A DNA stretch of 64,000 nt, from positions 20,150,001 to 20,214,000 of the forward strand of contig NC_073389.1 of NCBI RefSeq assembly GCF_028641065.1. The letters run 5' to 3'. Below are positions 49,551 to 62,571 of the stretch, piece by piece. Made by a program: the position numbers and the translations under genes. The notes beneath the pieces are model-generated. The model was not told where the DNA came from and searched no databases. It saw only the letters and a list, made by a program, of their open reading frames with translations. Source of the stretch: Leucoraja erinacea (Eukaryota). Position 1 is the stretch's first letter; every line of letters starts with the position of its first letter.

Positions 49551-50809
49551 GGGAGGAAACTCACACAGTCACAGTGACAGCATGCAAACTCCACACTGAC
49601 AGCCCCTGAGGTCAGGATGGAACATAGGCGTCTGGTGCTCTGAAGCAGCAGGTCTACCAGCTGCGCCATGGTGCCACTCATACTGTTGAATAGCTGAGGA
49701 GAAATGGCTAAGCCCGGTCTCTGCATCAACACACTGACACTATCAAATCCCTTTCAAATTCACATTAATATTTGGCACTCAAAACAAAAAGCTGCTTCAC
49801 CTCATCCAAATAAGTATTTTGTGATTTGGTAACACTGGACATTAAAAATATACTTGGTCCATAAGAATGAGCAGGTCTTCAAACTGCCATCCACACTGCA
49901 CATTATTTAAAGTTTCAGTAAATTACCTCAATATTTTACCTCAAGTATTTGGCAGAGTTGGTATAGGCAATTCCCATCTTTCTATAATTGAAACCCTATT
50001 GGGACCTTGATGAAAGATAGAATAGGGGAATGATTTGCAAAATACTCATCAACGAAAAATGTGGTCTTAAATATAAGTACCTGAAGTACATTTTTAATTC
50101 CTTTTCTGAAATTAGCTGTCAGGAACTCATAAATCACTGATAATTGCGTGTCCCACAGCTCATCTACAATACCCCTTAATTGTTTTGAGGACTGAAGGAC
50201 TCCTTTGGTCTCTTGGAAGCTGCATGCTTCAGCAGTTAGTACTCAAAAATCATAATTAGCGTAAGCCCAGTTCCATAGTAATGGGCAGCAATATTGATGG
50301 TGAGAGGTGGCAGTTTTAATTATTGGAATAAAATGCAAGTTTCTCTTTTTTTTAATTACTGTCAACTCAATAGTTTTCCACTTTGTATCATCTTCACTCT
50401 GAAGCCAGTAACTCCATTTGGTTCTTTGAGACACTGCGAGTGGCTCGATTGTAATCATGTATTGTCTTTCCGTTGACTGGTTGCATGCACCAAAAGCTTT
50501 TCACTGTACCTCGGTAGACGTGACAATAAACTGAACTGACCTGAAGTGAGATTTTCCTTGCAGCCAACCTCCCATTCAGCAACTGTGCTTTTAAACTTTT
50601 GCTAAACCTTTATTGTAGACAAAGCCAATTATAAGATTCAGTCCAAAGATAGGAAAGCTATCGGATTGCAAAATCGTTCAATGAGGGGTCCTCTCATCCT
50701 TCTAAACTCCAGTGAGTGAGACCCAGTGCCATCAAAGGTTCATCATACGTTAATCCAATCATCCCTTGGTCACTTAGAGATTCTGTAATCTTTGGGCCCC
50801 ATACCTTAG

Positions 50810-51292
50810 CAGGGATATGCTGGAGAGGATCCAGATGAGGTACACAACAATGATCCCGGGGGTGATTGGGTTAATGTATGATGAGGGTTCGATGGCACTG
50901 GGCCTGTACTCGCTGGAGTTTAGAAGGATGGGGAGGGATCTCATTGAAACTTAGCGAATAGTGAAAGGCCTGGATAGAATGGATGTGGAGAGAATGTTTC
51001 CACCATTGTGAGGGTCTAGAACCAAAGGGCACAGCCTCAGAATTAAAGGACGTACATTTAGAAAGGAGTTGAGGAGGAATTTATTTAGTTAATGTATGGT
51101 GAATCTGTGGAAGCCAAGTCACCTGGTACTTTTAAATTAGATTCTAGAAACAGGTTCTAGATTGGTAAAGTTGTCAAAGATCAGAAGGCAGGATAAAGGT
51201 GTTGAAAGGGAAAGATAGATCTGTCATGATTGAATGGTGGAGTACTCAGTGGGCCGAATGGCCTAATTCTGCTACTATGACATGAATTTATA
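50810..51292 (+). mobile_element. CR1/HER1 LINE 3' fragment
   Basis: LERIQ.R.T.MIPG.IGL.YDE..MALGLYSLEFRRM. Confidence 0.85.
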
Positions 51293-51443
51293 AACCATCA
51301 ATCAAGGCTTTCCAGACGTTGGATCCAAGGATCCACTCTGTGAAGCCTATTGCCCATCCCCGCCTTCTTCACCAGAAAGGATGGCAGTGGCAGCCAGGGT
51401 TTGAGATGAGGTGGGAGCGCTGATGGGAAGTGTAAATGCAGGA

Positions 51444-51518
51444 AAGCAGAGGGGCCAAGCAGAGGGGCTAAGCAGAGGTGCCAAGCAGAGGTGCCAAGCA
51501 GAGGGGCCAAGCAGAGGT
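51444..51518. repeat. 13-bp minisatellite (AAGCAGAGGKGCY) x ~5.7
   Basis: Direct reading. Confidence 0.92.
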
Positions 51519-51769
51519 ACATGACCAATATGTTCAACGTTGTTTATTGAGAGTGTAAGTGCATCAATAATTCCATGAAAAGAAAAACATGCCTGGTGTC
51601 GCTTGCTTTATAACTGGTCACCCGATACCTTAAGTATAAAAATCCTGTCCTTGTATTTACATGCCTCTATAATATCATCCTATCTCTGTAACTATCTCCA
51701 ATGTTGAAAGATCATCACACCCCTGATTCTGAAATGGTTGATTAAACATCCCCCTTATTTTGCTCCAGC

Positions 51770-52041
51770 ACTTGGCGGCCCGGGTTCATTCTTGACCTTT
51801 GGCGTTGTCTATGTGGAGCTTGTACGTTCTCCCTGCGACTGCATGCATTTCATCCGGGCACTCTGTTTTCCTCCCACACACCAAAGACGTGCAGGTTTAT
51901 AGGTTAATTGGCCACTGTAAATTGCCCCTTGTGTGTGTTGTGTGAGAAGGCAGGATAACATAGAACTAGTGTCAAAGAGTAATCGATGGTTAGCATAAAT
52001 TTAGTGGGCCAAAGGGCCTGTTTCCATGATGTATCTCTAAA
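51770..52041 (+). mobile_element. V-SINE
   Basis: B-box, V-domain, tail. Confidence 0.8.
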
Positions 52042-52339
52042 CGCTGGGAGTTATACCTTCAGTGTCAATAATATTCTGGAATTTCCTCCATGATTCCATC
52101 TGCTTTCCTCAGTTTCACTACTACTTAATATCTCTGCTCTTCATTGCTCTTGATATTATTCCTCCCAATATCACCAAATTAAATTTATATTTACCTCAAT
52201 GGTATATATTGGGATATTTCTCTGCATTAAATATCTGTTATCATTGTACTTTGTGCCTCCATTCTTCTATCTTTATCAATCTACTTTGTGATAGTAAAGG
52301 CAAACTTGAGCCATCGAATCACACTGAGGAATTGTTTTA

Positions 52340-52822
52340 CTATAGAGAGTCATATGGCATGGAAACAGGTCCATCGGCCCAACTTGCCCACACCAACCAA
52401 CAAGTCTTGTCTACACTAGACTCAACTGCCTGCATTTGGCCCATATCCACATAAACATATCCTATCCATGTACCTGTCTAAATGTTTCTTTACCAGTACC
52501 AGTACCAGCCTCAACTACCTTCTCTGGCAGCTCGTTCCATACACCCACAACCCTTTGTGTAAATATATTTTAAATATTAAATCTTTAATCTTAAATCTAC
52601 TAAATCTTTCTCCCCTTATCATAAATCTATGTCGTCTGGTCCTTGATTACCCTACTCTGGGCAAAAGACTGTGTGTTTACCTAATCTATTCCTCTTAAGA
52701 TTGTGTATACTTCTATAAGATACCCCCTCATCCTCCTGCGCTCCATGGAATAGAAAGAGTCCTAGCCTGCTCAATCGCTCCCTGTAGAAATATCCTCGTA
52801 AATCTTCTCTGCACACTTTCCA
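52340..52822 (-). mobile_element. CR1/HER1 LINE 3' fragment
   Basis: LESVQRRFTR and the CR1 UTR on the minus strand. Confidence 0.82.
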
Positions 52823-53549
52823 GTGAAAGGGTTCTCAGACCATTTTCCGAGGCTGCTTTTGCCAGTACACCACATTTGTTCGGAGATGTCAACTTGTGCT
52901 TCAGCATTAACATTGTGGCTGCTGTTGGTCACCTCTTCTGAGAGTTGTACTTCTTCAGTCTGGAGAGGGACAACGCCACAATGAGTCTCGAACAAAAGCA
53001 CCATTGAAAAAAAAATTACATTCCCAAGATCCCTTCGCTAACTAATATATACAATGAAGAGAAAATAAATTTCTATCATTACCCGCACGTCGCTTTGAAT
53101 GTTAATAATATTGGCCCTCTACACTATCTGAGGGTTAACATGGATTTTACTTTGCTCAAAATAGAATTGAAATTATTTCTACATCCAAATACTTAACTTA
53201 ATGAATCACTGCTTAGCACACCATGACAATGGGTAAATCAGAGCTTTAAGGGGACTCCTGCAAGATCACAATCCTAGATCGTACAATGCCTGGGACATGT
53301 AGTCAAGAGAGGCTGTGGAGTGAGATAACCAGGTATGATTTCCATTTTCAGAACTCTTTAAAATATTTATTTCCAGTAATGGAACTGTTGGAGACTGATA
53401 AAGAATGCTGGAATATTTTAGACCGAAGAGTGCAAAAAAAAAATTCTGAAAAAAACCAAGAGAAGGAAGCTAGCTTAAAATTACTGCACATGAGATAACT
53501 ATGTATGGAGACTGCAAAATATGATTTGCATTGTTTGAGAGGTAATGTA

Positions 53550-53848
53550 GGGCAGCATAGTGGAGCAGTGTTAGAGTTGCAGCCTTTCATTGCCAGAGAC
53601 CCAGGTTCGATTTCTGACTGCGAATGCTGGCTGTATGGAGATTGTATGTTCTCCCTATGGCTGTATCGGTTTTCTCTGGGTGCTTAGGTTTCTTCCCACA
53701 CTCCAAAGACGTCCAGGTTTGTAGGTTAATTGGCTTCTGTAAATTGTAAATTGTGCCCAGTGTTTTGGATGGTGCTAGTGTATGGGGTGATCACTGACTC
53801 GGTGGGCCGAAGGGCTTGTTTCCTCTCTGTCACTAAAGTCCAAAGTCT
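53550..53848 (+). mobile_element. V-SINE
   Basis: Head, V-domain and tail. Confidence 0.82.
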
Positions 53849-54560
53849 AGTGATGAACGGATACACATTACACATATGCACTAATTATGCAGACAAAAAA
53901 TTAAAACAGTTACTATTGACAGCATTTCTTCAGAAAATTGTTGGACCAAAAATAATAAAAATGCAATTTTAACAAGTATGGTGCAGAAAATATTGGCATT
54001 CCAAGTGATGCCTGATGAAAGATTACGGCACAGCAGTAAAGATGCTGCCTCACAGTGTAAGAGACCCAGGTTCATTCCTGACCACAGGTGCTACCTCTTT
54101 GGACTTTGTACATTCTCCCTTGGGTTTCCCCCTGGTGCTCCATTTCCACCCACATTCCAATCAAGTGCAGTATTGTAGGTTGTGTAGCAAGGAACTGCAA
54201 ATCCTGGTTTCCACTAATAATAGGCAGAGAATGCAGGAGTAACTCAGCAGATCTGGCAGCATCTTCGGAGAAAAGGATTAGGTGACGTTTCAGGCCAAGA
54301 CCCTTCTCAGACTCTCAGTGTGAAGAAGGGTCTTATAAGTGATAGGAGCAGAATTAGGCCATTCGGCCCATCAAGTCTACTCTGGCATTCAATAATGGCT
54401 GACCTATCTTTGGAACCGAAACAACACCTATTCCTTTTCTCCAGAAATGCTGCCTGACCCCCTGAGCTACTCCAGTATTTCGTGTCTATTTTCAGTTTTG
54501 TAGGTTGACTGACTTCTGTAAATTGCCCTGAGTGTTCGGGATGATAGAACTATGTTCTTT

Positions 54561-54869
54561 GGGCAGCATGGTGGCACAGTGGTAGAGTTGCTGCCTTACA
54601 ACGCCAGAGACCCGGGTTTGATCGTGACTACGGGTGCTTTCTGTACGTATTTTGTACGTCCTCCCCGTGACCGGCATGGGTTTTACGCGGGTGCTCTGGT
54701 TTCCACCCACACTCCAAAGAAATACAGGTTTGGAAGTTAATTGGTTGGCAAAATTGTAACTTGTCCTTTGTCTGTAGGATGGTGTTAATGTGCTGGGATC
54801 GCTGGTCAGCGTGGACTCGGTGGGCCCAAGGGCCTGTTTCCACGCTGTATCTCTAACTAAACTAAACTA
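54561..54869 (+). mobile_element. V-SINE nested in an older V-SINE (54025-54180, 54495-54552, 54875-54951)
   Basis: Older SINE reads ...gatagaacta | insert | gtacgagtgatcgatggtcagc. Confidence 0.8.
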
Positions 54870-55439
54870 TACCAGAGTACGAGTGATCGATGGTCAGCAT
54901 GGACTCAGTGGGCCGACTGGCCTGTTCCCACACTGCATCTCAAAACTAAAAATGACTCCGATTGTTGTGTATCGTGATAGATGATTTAACAGATTAAGCT
55001 GTGACCTCTCTCTACCAAAATATAACTGACATTTTTGCCCTTGGAGCAACAAGTGTTAGTTCTAAGTTTTTGCTGGGGGACTCTTTGAGTACTGATGTTT
55101 GGAATACCACAAGGCTTTACTGAACATTGTACAAGTAAGGAATCAATTCATCCTGTACTTCAAAATAACTCACTGTCAAAAAATAATTCCTCCGGGTATT
55201 CTTGTAACATCTGGTACCACAATCTTTGTGTGGAGACAGGTAATAATATGCAATGTCATACATTTAAATTTTCCTTTGGAAAGAATTTATCAAAATCAAT
55301 TGCATTGAAGTCTTGATTTTTGAGGCCAAATGTCATTTAAAACATAAAATATGGAAAAGAAAGGTTATTGAAATACAAATAATCTTGTTTCTACGAAGAC
55401 AAAAACCAATAAATAATTCCTGTGGAATTATTCTCGTCA

Positions 55440-55473
55440 GGTCTGAGGAAGGGTCTCAACCTGAAACGTCACC
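55440..55473 (+). ncRNA. Minimal hammerhead ribozyme motif in a Penelope terminal repeat (best-preserved copy)
   Basis: ggu-CUGAGGA-a-gggu(cuca)accu-GAAA-CGUC-acc. Confidence 0.65.
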
Positions 55474-58314
55474 CATTCCTTCTCTCCAGAGATGCTGCCT
55501 GTCCTGCTGAGTTACTCCAGATTTTTGTGCCTATCTTCGGTTTAAACCAACAACTGCAGTTCCTTTCTACACAATAAATGATTCCCTCCTCTGTTTTGTA
55601 GTTAATAAATAACAAATGTTAGTATTCTGTGAAGGGCTTCCTCTTGGACAGAGGTTGTTTGTCATATCGACTGCCCTATGATTGAGAACTTAGGGAGTTA
55701 TGGCAGGAACTGAAAGACAACCTAACAGAGAGGTTGGTCTTTCAGCAGGGATCTCACAGCAGAAAGATCAGGAGAGAAATAATATTGAGGAGATTCTGGA
55801 GTATTAGGCAAACAAGATGACTGATATATTGAGCACAACTTGTTCATTATAAAGAGCACTTGCTCACCAATGAATGGCTCACAGATGCTCGATTTGAATT
55901 TTGTCAGGACCATTCAGTTCCTGATCTCAACGCAACTTTTGTGTGTGGCAGAGACCCGGGTTTGATACTGACTATGGATACTATCAGTACTGAATTTGTA
56001 CGTTCTCACTGTGACTGTGTGGGTTTTCTCAGGGTGCTTCGGTAATTGGCCTCTGTAAAATTGCCCCTATTATATAGAGTGTGAATCTGAAAGTGTGATA
56101 ACGTAGAATTTGTGTAAACCGGTGATCGATGGTCTGTATGCGGACTCAATGCCTGTTTCCAAGTTTCATCTCTAAAATTAAAACTAATCCCAATGTGTTC
56201 CTCAGCACTTTGTGTTTTGTTCAAGATTCCAACATCTGCACTTTGTTGCCCAGTATCCACCTCTGTCCTTGGATTGCACACATCATTATCCATGACAACA
56301 GAGTAGCATTGACACTGTATTTAAATCAGGGCAGATAAATAAGGCAGATTTCTTTTTTTCAATGGATATTATTGCTGTTAGTTGCACAAAGAGACAAGTC
56401 ACTCACCCACCTGCATGTTTCCAGTGTGGCTATTGGAGACAAATGCCAATTTGTCCAGTTATGGTGCCTGCTTTAAGGACTGCAAGAACAACTTAAAGAA
56501 AAAGGCTGTTTGAAATCACTAATATTTAGAATAATGAGACAGAAACATACTGTTTAAGGTAAAAAAAAATCACAAAGTGCTGAATAACTCAGCAGGTCAG
56601 GGAGCATCTCTGGAGAAGGGTTCCGACTCCATGTCTTCCAGAAATGCTGCCTGACCTGATGAGTTACTCCAGCACTTTGCCTTTATATTTTGTATACAGC
56701 ATCTACAGTTCCTTGTGTCGATATTGTTTAAGATAATGGACCATCCACAGGTATGTATTTGAATCCCACCATGCTACAGAAAATCTGAATCCACGTAGTA
56801 AAATAAATCTAGCAATTTGAGAAAACAAAATGGCAGCCTCAGTGAAGGAGGTCTCGTTCTTATCCAGCCCGACTGACAAGTGACTTTAGACACACATAAG
56901 CTTGACTATTTTTTGCCTCCTCATTTCTGGGCCTGTTCAAGATCGTTAATGTTACCAGCACTGTCCATATCTCGTGAACAAAGAAACCGGATTGTGCTTC
57001 GATTGGTGCCTGTATATTTTGCTCATTATGCCAGGTACAGGTTGAACATAAAGAACACGCTGTCCTAAGGCTACAAGGCAGAGCTGTGAAAAGTGCCTCA
57101 GCTGATCTGATAAAAACTGACAGACATAATTTCAAGCTGAAAGTCTCTGCAGGATTCAAACCTGTGGCTGTCGGCAGGTTACTGCAAACCTTTGAAAACA
57201 ATAATTGGAATTAAATGTTTAAACTGGACAACATTATGCCGTGCAATTTAAAATTAAGTTGAAAGGCTTTTCAGGTTGTTGTTGGGCCTTTTGCTCTTCT
57301 GTTTCTCTGGGAAACAAAAATAATCATTAGAAACATTTGAGAAATGGCACATTTTTAATGAGGCATGATATCTTACACAACAACCCTTTTATGTGTGTGT
57401 ATTGCTCCAGGATTGCTCAAGAAATGAAATGCAATGAAATTTATACTGTATGATAGCGTAGACACAAAGAATTGCAGATGCTGGTTAATACACAAAAGGA
57501 CACACATGAGTCTGAAGAAGGGTCCCAGACATGAAATGTCACCTATCCCTTATCTCCATGGATGCTGCTTGACCCGCTGAGGTACTCCAGCTATTTGTAG
57601 CTATCGCCGTAGTTACTCAGTGAGTCAGGCAGCATTTGTGGACAACATGGATCAGTGACGTTTCAGGTCGGGACCCATCTCAGACTGTCCTTTTGTGTGA
57701 CGGTGTAATATGAGTGATAGCAAAGTCTCTTTGCATCTCACGCATTTTCTGATATGTTTGAGTTGCCAGTGCATGACAATTTGCAGGAACATCTATAAGA
57801 TTGATAATCTGAAACACTTCTGAGGACCACTTGTGCCCACAGAAGCATTGAACTTGTAGAGAACTCCTCACACTGCCATCATTCATTGTGCCTGTGTGGC
57901 AACATTGTGCATCTCATGGACTCCAGCATGGATCACCAACCCACTGCACTTTCCCAGCAGAGCTGCTGGGAATCTGAGTGCTGAACCTGTGGCAGGTAGG
58001 ACCATTGGTGATTCCATTCATTTCAGCGGGATTGCTGGTGTTTCAAAGGTCACTGGGTGACCCTGCGATAATTTGTATTATTTTTTAATCACTGAGTTAT
58101 TATACTAAGTGTTCCACTGTTAGTGAAGTGTTCCATTGTTATAAGTTGTACTCAATTTTTTAAAGGTATTTGATTGTTTCCCACTGTTTGTATTTGTTTA
58201 AAAAGACTGATTAATTTTGAAGAGCTTTGTTTATTTTTTGAATGTTTCTGAATGCCAGACCCTTCAAATAAAAATAATGTACTTGACCATCCACACATTA
58301 ATATGTGTAAAGTC

Positions 58315-58618
58315 TAGTTTTGTTTAGAGATACAGTGCGGAAACAGGCCCTTTGGCCTACCGAGTCTGCACCACCCAGCGATTCCCGCACACTAGCATAA
58401 TTCTACACAGATTAGGGAAAATTTACTATTTTACCAAGCCAATTAAGCTACAAACCTGCATGCTTTTGGAGTGTGGGAGGAAACCGGAGCTCCCGGCGAA
58501 AACCCACTCAGGTCATGGGGAGAACACACAAACTCCGTACAGACAGCACCCGTAGTCAGGATTGAACCTGGTTCTCTGGCGCTGTGAGGCAACACATCTG
58601 CCACTACACCACTGTGTT
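58315..58618 (-). mobile_element. V-SINE
   Basis: Full length on the minus strand. Confidence 0.85.
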
Positions 58619-58959
58619 GTCTGTCATTTGAGATCACTGCAAGAGCTGCAAATGAGAGTCAGAGGTAAGGATTCTGGGAAGGACGTGTGGATGAGCATTG
58701 TCGTGATATGGGCTGGGCCTGGAGGCTACCTGTTCCTTCTTGTCCATCATTGACATATGTATATTTTTATTATTATAGTGTTGAACAAACCATCTGTCAT
58801 GTTCAACTCTAAGCAACATAAATTGTGCTGTCTCTAGAAAAAAACCACCTCCAGCATCACAAACTATTTCTGAGAGATGTTACCATGAAAAGATGCATTA
58901 GAGATTATAGCTGTATCCAGTGATGGATCACTTTCACACCTTAAATCACCCACAGAGAA

Positions 58960-59256
58960 TATGCATTCCCTCTCTCTCTCCATTCCTCCCCCACCCTAGT
59001 CGTCTTGCAAGTGTCACTGTTTGTATCCCTTCATTAGCATGTCTTCCACAGCCAACAATGGACCATTGTGGACTCCACTTTTCTTGAGTCATCAGGGCTG
59101 GCACTGATTTGTTCTGTACCTTTTCATATCACAAGTTTCCCTCTCCCCTGACTCTCAGTTTGAAGAAGGGCCTCGAACCGAAAAGTCACCTATTCCTTTT
59201 TTCCAGAAATGCTGTCTGACCCGCTGAGTTACTCCAGCATTTTACATCTATCTTCA
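58960..59256 (+). mobile_element. Penelope 3' UTR and terminal repeat
   Basis: Same UTR as 2328-2922, with a decayed hammerhead at ~59160-59190. Confidence 0.8.
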
Positions 59257-60088
59257 GAAGAATATAGAATAAGACATTTAATATAGAAATAGAAATAATT
59301 GGAGGAAACAATAGAAAAGGTGAGAATATTATGTGGTTGGTGAGCGCTGTAAGAGGTTGTTATTCAACAGCAGTATGAAGAATTCAACAGAAAATAATGC
59401 CCCGTGCAAAAGAAATAGAAACCAAACAAGTTCACCAGCATCAGTGAGTAGAGAGACAGAGTTGTCCATTTGGGTCAATGACTCTTCCCCAGAATTGGAA
59501 AAATAAGAAAACAAGTCTGTTAAGTTGCAGAGAGGGAAGGGGTGCAAAGAGCAGAGGGAAGGTCTGTGATAGAGCACTGACTAAAGTAGCCAGGGTAACA
59601 ACTACTTTTCGAGGGGTTAGAGCGAGAAAATTAAAAATTAATTGAAGCGACGAGGTATAGCCATATCTGGGAAGTATAAAAGAGAAAAGTGTGGTTCAAA
59701 ACTTTAAAATCAATGAAAATCCAAAACTAAATGCAGATTAGTTTTGTTTGGTTCAGTGATACAGCATGGAAACATGCCCTTAGGCCCGAGTCCACGCCAA
59801 CCAACAATCACCCCGTAAACTAGCACTATCCTTACACTTTAGGAACAATTTACAGAAGCCCAATTGATCTACAAACCTGCATGCCTTAAGAAAGTGGGAG
59901 GAAACCAGAGCACATGGAGAAATGGAGAAAAGGAACAGGTGACATTTGGGTCAGTCTCGACTCAAAATGTCACCTGTTCCTTGTCTCCATTTCTCCTTCT
60001 TCCCCCGCTCAAACACCTCTGTTTCTTCCTCAACCGCAGTCCCAGAAAACTTCCCTCTATAAACACGCTGGTCCTCACTCCCAACTGA

Positions 60089-60121
60089 GTCTGAGGAAAG
60101 GTCTTGACCCGAAACGTCACC
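60089..60121 (+). ncRNA. Minimal hammerhead ribozyme motif (Penelope)
   Basis: gu-CUGAGGA-aa-gguc(uu)gacc-c-GAAA-CGUC-ac. Confidence 0.55.
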
Positions 60122-60329
60122 TATTCCTTTTCTCCAGAGATGCTGCTTTAACCCACTGAGTTACTCCAGCATTTTGAGTCTAAATATAGTATTGGAGGAA
60201 CTCAGTGGGTCAGGCAACATCTACGGGGGAATGGATAGGCAATGTTTCAGGTTGGAACCCTTCATCAAATTCATGAGTAGGGCTGCATACATACGTCCTC
60301 ACTTTTCACCTTGCTAGACTCCACAATGA

Positions 60330-60638
60330 AAGGATAATCACTTTAGAGGTTGTGGAGATTCATGCCAGATGCATCTTCCTCTACCCCGCTCTTTCCACAA
60401 TCTGAGGACACTAGTCACACTGTAATTCTCTGATCCAATTTTCTATCTCTAGCCCTCTTCCTTGGCACTTATAGGAAATGCAACATATATCCATTCACCT
60501 CCCCCCTTCCCCCTATCTAAGTATCCAAACATAATTTCAAAGTAAGCTTTATATTACATTCTGTGCCCTCAATGTAGTCTCCTTGTAGATTGAGAAATGT
60601 AACAAAAATTAAGTGACCACTCTGGAAAACACTTCCAT
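60330..60638 (+). mobile_element. Very degenerate Penelope endonuclease-region remnant
   Basis: KCN.YPFTS.L and C.LL.I.E...KLSDH..KH-like traces. Confidence 0.5.
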
Positions 60639-60639
60639 T

Positions 60640-60941
60640 AGACTTTTGTCTTTATAGGTACAGCATGGAAACAGGCCCTTCGGCCCACCGAGTCTACTGT
60701 GCAGCGATCACCCTATACAATAGCACTATCCGACACACCAGGGACAATTTACAACTTTACCGAAGCCAATTAACCTACAAACCTGTATAACTTTGGCGTG
60801 TGGGAGGAAACCAGAGCACCCGGGGAAAACCCACACGGTCACAGGGAGAACGTACAAACTCCATGCAGACAGCACCCGTTATCAAGATCGAACACGGGTC
60901 TCTGGCGCCTTAAAGCAGCAAATCTACGGCCGCGCTACAGT
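60640..60941 (-). mobile_element. V-SINE
   Basis: Full length on the minus strand. Confidence 0.85.
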
Positions 60942-62571
60942 GATTTTAACTCTCCATCCACTTGCAATCCCACATCATTGCCTTTGGCTTCTTACGTCTT
61001 TCCAATTTCAGGCAGCACCCTCTTATTTAAATAACTGCATCAACCTTCACTGGTGCACTTCTACACCTGTCCTGCATAGTTAAACCTAAAGTCTGTTTTT
61101 CCCCTTCTAATCCCATGCCTGCAGCCTCTACTTTATGATTGCTTGGAATGACTGAAGATACAATATATACACCTGAAAGAAATGAATACTGAAGCATATC
61201 CCCTGAGCAACCACTTCTCTAGAGTAAACATTTTCAAATGTTTCAGTGTTACTGTCTTACAGCCTGTTGCCTTAAAATATATTTTCACTTCCTCCAGTGC
61301 CTGCATATCCTTATTGGATCCGATATAGACACAAGGTGATCATGACAGGCCTCCCATAGCCTCATTAGCACCTTCTGTGATTTGTGTTCTGTTCCTCTGC
61401 ATATAGTTAACTTCCCTTCCTCCGCCTGCAATACTCTGCTGCTGCTTTCTCTGAGCTTTCCAGTAATATCCACAGATACCCGTCCTCTGTATATTGTGAG
61501 AAATAGTGAGTGTTAGTAAATTGATCTCTGTCCCATATGTATCATGGGAAACTGAGTGTTAGTGAGTTGGCGTTGCAAGGCAAAGCCTCACGTTGTATTT
61601 TGCTGCTGGTTTTATGTTACCTGATCGTATTTAGCAATGATAGATAGCAAATGCTTGCTTGAAATAGGATAATATGTAAATTGTTACATTAATCTTGATC
61701 GACTTCAGATTTCCCAATATCATAACTCTGGGCAACTTACCATGGCAACTGAGTCATCTACCTGAATTTTTGCAGATTCCAATCTTGCAAAATCTCAATT
61801 AAAACAATTTTTTATCTGTGGCATTGCAGTAATTGGCATTTCTATCCCAGGAGACATTAAGTTAACAAAGTGAGGCGAGGTCTGCAAGTTAAAATGACGA
61901 AATATAAAAATCTGGAGATACATATTCAAAAAATTAAAATAGTGTCCATAGTAAAGTCTACATTGTATTGGCCCAGTGTGCAGTCCATACCTCCAGTAAC
62001 CTGGGTTCAATCCTGACCTCCGGTGCTGACCGTGTGTGGAATTTTCCTGTACTCTCTGTAATAACGTGAATTTTCATTTCCACCCATGTCTCAAAGACAT
62101 GGGTTGGTCAGTTAATTGTCCACAACAAATTGCCTGCAATACGTGGGTGAGTGACAGGGTTAAGGGATAGTGGAAGGGGAACGTGGGCTGGAGAAAATGG
62201 GATTAGTATAGGATTAGTGCAAATAGGTGTTTGGTGGGTGGTGTGGAATCAGAGGGCTACATGGCATGTTTTCATTCTGCTGAATGTCTGTATCAGGACT
62301 TAGCATCATGCTCAGCCAGCTCTCGGCTTTATTTGATGACAGCTCTTTTGAAAAGAGTACTTTTTATTCTTCTCTCACATGAAGGCCATTTCTTGCCTTG
62401 TGCTTGACCTTGCAGATATGATGGGATATGACATGCTTGTATTTATCTTTTATATGAAGGAAAAGACCCATGTGTAGCTGACATGTGAGCACATCAGCCA
62501 CCTCTAGTGTCTATGGATGCGTTTCATTTACTATGCGTTCCATTTACAGGCCAGACATTAATTTCTGAGTA

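Noticed and set aside
52830-52962. Candidate minus-strand exon (TEEVQLSEEVTNSSHNV...)
   Set aside because: The acceptor is plausible but there is no good donor, and the frame runs into a CR1 remnant.
57035-57177. Candidate plus-strand exon (VQVEHKEHAVLRLQGRAVKS...)
   Set aside because: The donor is weak (cag|gttact), the peptide is unrecognised, and no partner exon was found.
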